This document shows positions 9,299 to 15,065 of a stretch of 16,349 nt of DNA, one piece after another. The position numbers were made by a program, and so were the translations under genes. Source of the stretch: an uncultured delta proteobacterium (lineage in GTDB: Bacteria; Desulfobacterota; RBG-13-43-22); NCBI GenBank assembly GCA_963802945.1, contig CAWDKY010000059.1, positions 1 to 16,349 on the forward strand. The letters run 5' to 3'. How positions within the stretch are numbered: the first letter of the stretch is position 1; every line of letters begins with the position of its first letter. The notes beneath the pieces were generated by a model. The model did not search any database, was not told the DNA's origin, and was given only the letters and a program-made list of their open reading frames with translations.

Positions 9299-9372
9299 TT
9301 CACCGCCGAGACGCAGGGGACGCGGAGGCAATATTTCTTATTGCTTTCCGTTGAGAGGACGGAAAGCAATAA
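9299..9372 (+). repeat. Repeat module copy A: CACCGCCGAGACGCAG end motif plus hairpin
   Basis: Positions 9299-9369 match 14908-14978 at 68/71 nt. Perfect 14-bp stem TTATTGCTTTCCGT (9338-9351) / ACGGAAAGCAATAA (9359-9372) with loop TGAGAGG. Confidence 0.92.
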
Positions 9373-9391
9373 ACAGCCCCTGAAAACTGGA

Positions 9392-9778
9392 CTATTCATC
9401 CAATTCGTTCACTATCCTTGTTATGCCGTCTCGCATTAGAGGCACATTAAAGTTCAGAAGCAACCCCAGTTTAAAGTTTGATAATTTGAGATACGTCAAG
9501 AGTTGTGCCTTATGAATTGGCTCAATTTTCTCACACGCTTTCAGTTCCAGTATGATCGCTTTTTCAACAACGATGTCCAACCTGTAACCACAATCTAATA
9601 GTTTACCTTGGTAAGAGATTGGTAGCAACTTTTGCCTCTCGAAACCGAAATCTCTGAGCCGAAACTCATAGCACATACATTCTTCATAGGCTGACTCAAG
9701 CAGTCCAGGACCCAATGCTTTGTGTACTTCAATAGCGACGCTTATAATCTTACTACTTAATTTGTTAAGATCCATCAC
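9392..9778 (-). CDS. GxxExxY family protein (PD-(D/E)XK nuclease-like, PDDEXK_3)
   Basis: 128 aa with VHKALGPGLLESAYEEC (GxxExxY), YRLDIVVE, ILELKA, HKAQLLTYLKLS and GLLLNFN. Start is GTG 9778 or ATG 9775. Confidence 0.95.
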   Translation of the reverse strand: MMDLNKLSSKIISVAIEVHKALGPGLLESAYEECMCYEFRLRDFGFERQKLLPISYQGKLLDCGYRLDIVVEKAIILELKACEKIEPIHKAQLLTYLKLSNFKLGLLLNFNVPLMRDGITRIVNELDE

Positions 9779-9810
9779 GTTTCAATTGTTTCAATCTTCT
9801 GAAAGCGGTA

Positions 9811-9847
9811 GTTTTTCCTTTCTGTCTTCTCGATAGAAAGGAAAAAC
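9811..9847 (-). repeat. Hairpin related to copy A, in inverted orientation, upstream of GxxExxY
   Basis: Arms 9811-9826 and 9832-9847 pair at 15/16. The minus strand reads GTTTTTCCTTTCTAT-CGAGAAG-ACAGAAAGGAAAAAC, whose arm matches the copy A arm at 10/14 and whose centre resembles TGAGAGG. Confidence 0.8.
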
Positions 9848-9873
9848 GTAACAATTTAGCTTTTTGAAATAAC

Positions 9874-10068
9874 TGTTTTCACCGCAGAGATGCAGAGGCT
9901 GCCAAGAAAATTTATCGATTGCCGGTGAAAGGCCGGCAATCGATAAGCCTCGCTACCCTCCGGGTATTTTTATGGCCGGAGGCCAGAGCTGTTTTGTTCA
10001 ATCCCTTAAGAGGCGGGATTGAACAAAAATGATCTCTCTGCGCTCTTTGGGCCTTTGCGGTAAAAACA
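9874..10068. mobile_element. 195-bp non-coding MITE/REPIN-like element with inverted ends and three internal hairpins
   Basis: Ends TGTTTTCACCGCAGAG (9874-9889) and CTTTGCGGTAAAAACA (10053-10068) are inverted at 14/16. Stems: 14 bp at 9912-9925/9933-9946 (loop TGAAAGG), 7 bp at 9957-9963/9976-9982, and 14 bp at 9992-10005/10015-10028 (loop TTAAGAGGC). Confidence 0.7.
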
Positions 10069-10079
10069 TTTCTTTCCAA

Positions 10080-11159
10080 TTAAACGACGTCGGCAAAGCC
10101 AGGCTTGGTTTTCATGAACCACATGTATCCGATGACAAAAATGACCAGTGATATGAATACCTGGATGAGCCATCCTCCCAGGTCCGGCAGGCGATTCCAG
10201 ATGAGTACGCCCCTGAAATTTTCCAATATGCCCGAAAGGGGGTTGATCTGCAGGATAAACCGATATTTTTTAGGTATGGCCTCAATCGGATAGAATATGG
10301 GAGACATAAAGAATAGAATTTGAGTAACAATGCCGACGGCGTATGCCGTATCCCTCAGGAATACTCCTAAAGAGGCCAGGATCCAGGACAACCCCAGAGT
10401 CAACCAAAGCAAGGGGAGGATTACCAAAGGCAATAATAGTATCGTCGGGGAAAGCGTTCCCATAATCAGCAGTTTGCCGGCTATCAGAATGACTATGCTG
10501 ATGAGGCCGTGGAAAATAGTCGATCCCAAAGCGCTGACGGGAAGGATCTCCAAAGGGAAGATGACCTTCTTGACATAGTTAGGATTGCCGATGATCAGCC
10601 CGGAAGCCCGATTGACCGTTTCGGAAAAGATATTGTAGGCAATCAGGCCGGCAAACAGGATGAGGGCGAACTCCCCCAGGTTGACTTCACCCTGGGGCCG
10701 CCAGCGTGCTTTGAAGACGATTGAAAAAATAAAGGAATAGATCATTAACATCAACAGAGGATTGATAAACGACCAGATCAGGCCAAGGAAGGACCCTTTA
10801 TAACGTCCTTCAATATCCCGGCGCACGAATTGGCGCAATAGGTCCCGGTGCTGGTAGAGGTTATAGAAAGGTCCTAACGGATTAAGAAAGCGAATCCACT
10901 TGATGGAAGGAATATTCAAACGTTGATTTGAAATGTGATAGAGCCGTCGCGTATCTTCCATTAGCCAATTCCCGTAATAAAAAATTCCCAGAACCATAAG
11001 GGCTGCTCCGGCTGACATTATAAGGCCGCCCCACAGCGGACTATTCTCAAAGGGCAGATTCAAAATGGATTGCCATCGAAGGGTGTTCCATAACCCCAAT
11101 ACAGCCAAAAAAGATACTATCCATACGGTCGTGTTTTGTTTAATCCTTGGTTTGTCCAT
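10080..11159 (-). CDS. wzm: Polysaccharide ABC transporter permease with an extra N-terminal hydrophobic region
   Basis: Motifs RRDIEGRYKGSFLGLIWSFINPL, NPNYVKKVIFP, LGVFLRD, FFMSPIFYP, NPL and the C-terminal FADVV. Confidence 0.93.
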   Translation of the reverse strand: MDKPRIKQNTTVWIVSFLAVLGLWNTLRWQSILNLPFENSPLWGGLIMSAGAALMVLGIFYYGNWLMEDTRRLYHISNQRLNIPSIKWIRFLNPLGPFYNLYQHRDLLRQFVRRDIEGRYKGSFLGLIWSFINPLLMLMIYSFIFSIVFKARWRPQGEVNLGEFALILFAGLIAYNIFSETVNRASGLIIGNPNYVKKVIFPLEILPVSALGSTIFHGLISIVILIAGKLLIMGTLSPTILLLPLVILPLLWLTLGLSWILASLGVFLRDTAYAVGIVTQILFFMSPIFYPIEAIPKKYRFILQINPLSGILENFRGVLIWNRLPDLGGWLIQVFISLVIFVIGYMWFMKTKPGFADVV

Positions 11160-11172
11160 CGGCTTGGCTATC

Positions 11173-12213
11173 TCAATAGCCTCTTTTTTTTACTTTTTCC
11201 AGATCGGTCCGGACCATGAGACGGGCCAATTCATCAAATTTTACTTTAGGTTCCCAGCCTAATTTAGACTTGGCCTTGGCTGGGTTGCCCATGAGGATAT
11301 CCACTTCCGTAGGCCGGTAATAGATCGGGTCAATTTTAATTAGAATTTTCCCTGTATTTCGATCGCGGCCCAATTCCAATTCCTTTTCCCCTTTCCATGT
11401 GATTTCCAGGCCCAGTTCCTTAAAAGCTACCTCAACAAACTCTCGTACACTATGAGTTTCGCCGGTGGCAATAACAAAGTCATCCGGTTCCTGTTGTTGC
11501 AACATAAGCCACATGGCCTCAACAAACTCTGGGGCGTAGCCCCAATCTCTTTTGGCATCAAGATTTCCAAGGGTCAAATAATCTTGCAGGCCCAGTTTGA
11601 TCCGGGCCGCGGCCCGGGTGATTTTACGGGTTACAAAGGTTTCCCCCCGGCGAGGGGATTCATGGTTAAAAAGAATTCCGTTGCAGGCGAAAATATTATA
11701 GGCCTCCCGATAATTGATGACGATCCAGTACCCGTAGATCTTGGACACACCGTAGGGAGAGCGGGGATAAAAAGGCGTGGATTCCGTTTGGGGGATCTCC
11801 TGGGTCTTGCCATATAGTTCACTGGTCGAGGCCTGGTAGAAGCGGGTCTTAATCCCTAAATCTTTTATAGCATCTAAAAATCTTAAAGTTCCGATGGCAT
11901 CCACTTCAGCCGTATATTCGGGTACCTCAAAAGAAACCCGCACATGGCTCTGGGCCGCCAGATTATAAATCTCATCGGGCTGAACCCTTTCCAGGATTCG
12001 GTTGAGGTTGCTGGAGTCGGTCAGGTCCCCGTAATGGGTGAAAAAGCGTCGATCAAAAATATCGGTGTTGCTATAGAGATGATCTAGCCGGGCTGTGTTA
12101 AAAGAACTACTGCGGCGAATGATCCCATGGACTTCATAGCCTTTTTCCAAAAGCAATTCCGTCAAATAGGAACCGTCCTGACCGGTAACGCCGGTAATTA
12201 AAGCACGTTTCAT
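11173..12213 (-). CDS. gmd: GDP-mannose 4,6-dehydratase
   Basis: Motifs [67 protein letters not shown] and [11 protein letters not shown]. Confidence 0.97.
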   Translation of the reverse strand: MKRALITGVTGQDGSYLTELLLEKGYEVHGIIRRSSSFNTARLDHLYSNTDIFDRRFFTHYGDLTDSSNLNRILERVQPDEIYNLAAQSHVRVSFEVPEYTAEVDAIGTLRFLDAIKDLGIKTRFYQASTSELYGKTQEIPQTESTPFYPRSPYGVSKIYGYWIVINYREAYNIFACNGILFNHESPRRGETFVTRKITRAAARIKLGLQDYLTLGNLDAKRDWGYAPEFVEAMWLMLQQQEPDDFVIATGETHSVREFVEVAFKELGLEITWKGEKELELGRDRNTGKILIKIDPIYYRPTEVDILMGNPAKAKSKLGWEPKVKFDELARLMVRTDLEKVKKRGY

Positions 12214-12232
12214 AAGTTATCTCAAAAAATAA

Positions 12233-12272
12233 GTCATTGGATCATTTGGTCAGCAGGTCAGCAAGTTAATTA
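12233..12272. repeat. Degenerate 8-nt intergenic tandem repeat
   Basis: Reads GTCATTGG-ATCATTTG-GTCAGCAG-GTCAGCAA-GTTAATTA between the two gmd genes. Confidence 0.45.
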
Positions 12273-12288
12273 CTAACGTATAATATTC

Positions 12289-13275
12289 TCAAGACATTTT
12301 CAACTTCCCTTGCGAATAAAAGGCTAGATCGCTTTCCACCATTTCCAAGACTAGTTCATGGAAAAAAATAGTGGGCTCCCAGCCAAGGACCCTTTTGGCT
12401 TTGGAATAGTTTCCCTGAAGGACGGTTGTCTCGGCCGGCCGGTAAAAAGCTGGGTCAACCTCTAAATAGTTTCTATAATCCAATTTTAAAAGAGAGAAGG
12501 CCTTATCCAGGAACTCTCCAACTGAATGACTTTCTCCCGTAGCAATCACGTAATCATCCGGCTTTTTCTGCTGGAGCATCAACCACATTGCCTGGACGTA
12601 CTCGCGGGAATGTCCCCAATCCCGCAGGGCTTCCAGATTGCCTAATTTGATTTTTTGCTCTTTCCCCAGTTTAATCAAGGCGGCCTGAGAGGTGATCTTC
12701 CGGGTTACGAATTCATGCCCCCGGCGGGGAGATTCGTGATTAAACAGAATTCCCGAAGAGGCATGCAGCTGGTAGGCCTCCCGGTAATTTCGGGTCAATT
12801 CAAACCCGGCCACCTTGGAGATTCCATAAGGAGAACGGGGGTGAAAGGGTGTATTTTCATCCTGAGGTGTTTCCCGAACTTTGCCAAAGGCCTCACTGGA
12901 GGCGGCAAAGTAAAACCTACAGTCTTGAGCCTTACGCTTTATGGACGATAAAAGAAAATGAGTGCCGTTTATGTTGGTGTTAATGGTGGAAAACTCATCT
13001 TCGAAGGAGTAGCTGACGAAGCTCTGAGCTGCTAAATGATAACACTCATCCGGCCGAACCTTTTCAATAACATCAAAGATGCTGGCGTAGCTTTCCATGG
13101 ATCCGGCATGGAGGGTAATTTGATCCAACAGGTGCCATATCCGCCATAAGCGATGAAGGGGGTCCTCCAAAGCCATATGACGGACAATCCCATGGACCTC
13201 ATAACCTTTGGAAAGCAATAACTCTGCAAGGTAACTCCCATCCTGACCGGTTATCCCTGTGATTAAAGCCTTCAT
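12289..13275 (-). CDS. gmd: GDP-mannose 4,6-dehydratase, second divergent copy
   Basis: Motifs [16 protein letters not shown] (ATG 13275 preferred over 13296), [42 protein letters not shown] and LGNLEALRDWG. Confidence 0.93.
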   Translation of the reverse strand: MKALITGITGQDGSYLAELLLSKGYEVHGIVRHMALEDPLHRLWRIWHLLDQITLHAGSMESYASIFDVIEKVRPDECYHLAAQSFVSYSFEDEFSTINTNINGTHFLLSSIKRKAQDCRFYFAASSEAFGKVRETPQDENTPFHPRSPYGISKVAGFELTRNYREAYQLHASSGILFNHESPRRGHEFVTRKITSQAALIKLGKEQKIKLGNLEALRDWGHSREYVQAMWLMLQQKKPDDYVIATGESHSVGEFLDKAFSLLKLDYRNYLEVDPAFYRPAETTVLQGNYSKAKRVLGWEPTIFFHELVLEMVESDLAFYSQGKLKMS

Positions 13276-13352
13276 AAGAAAAGGTTTAAGGTGCAAGATG
13301 CGATAGAAAGCAAATCACTTTATTTCTTTTCAAGCCCATTGCCTTAAAAAAT

Positions 13353-14380
13353 CTAACCTTCGGATCCTAATGATTGATACCACTTATAAACATTTTTTAT
13401 TCCTTTTCGAAATTTTATTTTAGGCTTCCAACCCATTTGGTGCAATCGGCTGACATCCAAAAGTTTTTGTGGTGTTCCATCGGGTTTAGTAGTGTCAAAA
13501 ATAAGATTTGCGTCAGGAGAGATAATAGACTTTACCAAATCTGCCAGCTCACGAATAGTTATATCTTTACCTGTTCCTACGTTAATATGAAGATCATTAT
13601 CATAGTTCCTCATTAGAAAAAGGCAGGCATCGGCAAGATCATCGACATGGAGGAATTCACGGCAGGGAGAGCCTGAACCCCAAATGACTACGGACGTATT
13701 AGACCCAGATGGTTTTTTTAAATCTTCCGGGATGGGGCCGAACAGGGCTTCATCTTTATGAAGGTTATCCCAATCCCCATGGGCTGCTAGTTTGGCCAGG
13801 TGGAATTTACGAATTAATGCAGGCAGGACATGAGAACTTTCCAGGTCAAAGTTATCATTGGGGCCATAAAGGTTAGTGGGCATAGCTGAGATGAAATTAC
13901 AGCCATACTGGCGGCGATAGGCTTGACAGAGCTTGATGCCGGCAATTTTGGCAATAGCGTAGGGTTCATTAGTCGACTCAAGGGTATTGGTTAGAAGGTA
14001 CTCTTCTTTCATCGGCTGAGGGCATTCCCTTGGGTAAATACAAGAACTACCAAGATAAGCAGCTTTTTAACCCCGTGAATATGGGCGGAATGGACTACGG
14101 TGGCATGGATCATCATATTGTCATAGATGAATTCTGCCGGTCGGGTAGAATTGGCCCATATCCCGCCTACTGTTCCTGCCACCAGAAAGATATATTCGGG
14201 CTGGTTGGCCTGAAACCAGTAATTAACCGCAGCCTGATTCCGGAGGTCTAATTGTTCCCGTGTGGCCGTGAGTAAGTTGGTGAATCCTTCCTGTTTAAGG
14301 AGCCTGAGGATGGCTGAACCTACCAGGCCGCGGTGGCCGGCGACGAAAATACGAGCGTTTAAGGGAATCTCAGTCGACAT
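13353..14380 (-). pseudogene. fcl: GDP-L-fucose synthase split by a -1 frameshift (or sequencing error)
   Basis: The N-part has VAGHRGLVGSA and VGGIWAN. The C-part has [34 protein letters not shown] and [10 protein letters not shown]. Adding one T at 14057-14058 (CTT-[T]AT on minus) restores [23 protein letters not shown], giving ~342 aa. Confidence 0.92.
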
Positions 14381-14462
14381 TAACCCCCCCCTTTTTTGAT
14401 TCCTATTTATCCTTTTAGATTAAAACTCCTTTAAATACGTTGTTTTGAAATAACGGTTTCTT

Positions 14463-14797
14463 TTATGTTAACTCCGGAGGGAAATTAAAGGTCGTGATTT
14501 CTTGTTACAATACCTTAATTTCTTCCCGTAATCGATCAAACTCCTTTATCCTAAAAAATTGATAAGTCAAACTCAATTTTCTTCTTCACCCCATTGGGTG
14601 TCAGATAATTAGGTATAAGCCCGCTTGTTATTGGGGTTTTTGAATCGCTTGACTTTTAAAAGTCCCTTTTGAATCAAGCTGTTGATAATGTAATTGGCCT
14701 GGCCAAGGCTAAGGTTTAATTCCCGGGCCAAGTGTCTTTGAGACAAGACCGGATTTTGTTAAATAATTTTCAGAGTCTTTAAGTGGTTTTCATCCAT
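14463..14797 (-). pseudogene. Decayed EPS-associated MarR-family (winged-helix) transcriptional regulator
   Basis: From ATG 14797: MDENHLKTLKII*QNPVLSQRHLARELNLSLGQANYIINSLIQKGLLKVKRFKNPNNKRAYT, then after a shift YLTPNGVKK, then after another shift KLSLTYQFFRIKEFDRLREEIKVL*QEIT. This fits the recalled family pattern SQRxLA..LG.SLG..NY....L..KG..K...F....NK..Y.Y.LTP.G. Stops at 14759-14761 and 14505-14507; frameshifts near 14610 and 14580. Confidence 0.85.
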
Positions 14798-14827
14798 AAA
14801 ATATTGGCCTAAAGAAGGATTTAAGGA

Positions 14828-14839
14828 CAGGCTACCGCC
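14828..14839 (-). promoter_or_regulatory. ops-like element (RfaH/NusG-paralog loading site)
   Basis: Minus strand GGCGGTAGCCTG is an exact match to the consensus GGCGGTAGnnTG. It is on the coding strand, 30 nt before the first ATG of a long polysaccharide operon. Confidence 0.6.
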
Positions 14840-14907
14840 ATTTCCTGTGCCAAAGCAGGGTAAAAAGGTGTTTATTTATTATGAAAAGAGGCGGATAATA
14901 GATTGCC

Positions 14908-14978
14908 TTCACCGCCGAGACGCAGAGGACGCGGAGGCAATATTTTTTATGGCTTTCCGTTGAGAGGACGGAAAGCAA
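14908..14978 (+). repeat. Repeat module copy C: solo copy of module A
   Basis: 68/71 identical to 9299-9369 in the same orientation at an offset of 5609 bp. Stem GCTTTCCGT/ACGGAAAGC with loop TGAGAGG (14961-14967). Confidence 0.92.
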
Positions 14979-15008
14979 AAATTTAATGCTCAATGTAATA
15001 TATCAAAA

Positions 15009-15021
15009 AATCAACCATTTA
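15009..15021 (+). promoter_or_regulatory. Candidate IHF-binding site
   Basis: AATCAACCATTTA matches WATCAANNNNTTR and is preceded by an A-tract, upstream of the operon. Confidence 0.35.
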
Positions 15022-15065
15022 CAATACTAAAAAATTACAGGCAAAATACTGGCTTATTTCAGGTA

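Larger units (their letters stand above)
9293..10076. mobile_element. Candidate GxxExxY-carrying inserted cassette between wzt and wzm
   Basis: It separates the normally adjacent wzm and wzt. It has inward-facing ends (ACCGCCGAG at 9302; CTTTGCGGT at 10053-10061), four long hairpins and the 9-bp direct repeat ATTTCTTTC at 9293-9301 and 10068-10076. Mobility is inferred, not shown. Confidence 0.5.

Noticed and set aside
9805-9811. GCGGTAG ops core
   Set aside because: It is on the strand opposite the operon and does not match the full consensus.
9338-10028. Hairpins as rho-independent terminators
   Set aside because: The T-runs precede and the A-runs follow the stems on both strands, so there is no 3' U-tract. 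They also lie mid-operon.
9299-10068. Integron attC cassette or classical IS interpretation
   Set aside because: No RYYYAAC...GTTRRRY box pair frames the hairpins, and no integrase or transposase is encoded in the window.
14837-14854. Sigma54-like TTGGCACAGGAAATGGC on the minus strand
   Set aside because: The -24 half is good, but the GC falls 11 nt rather than the required 10 nt after GG. It also overlaps the ops motif. Not excluded, but not supported.
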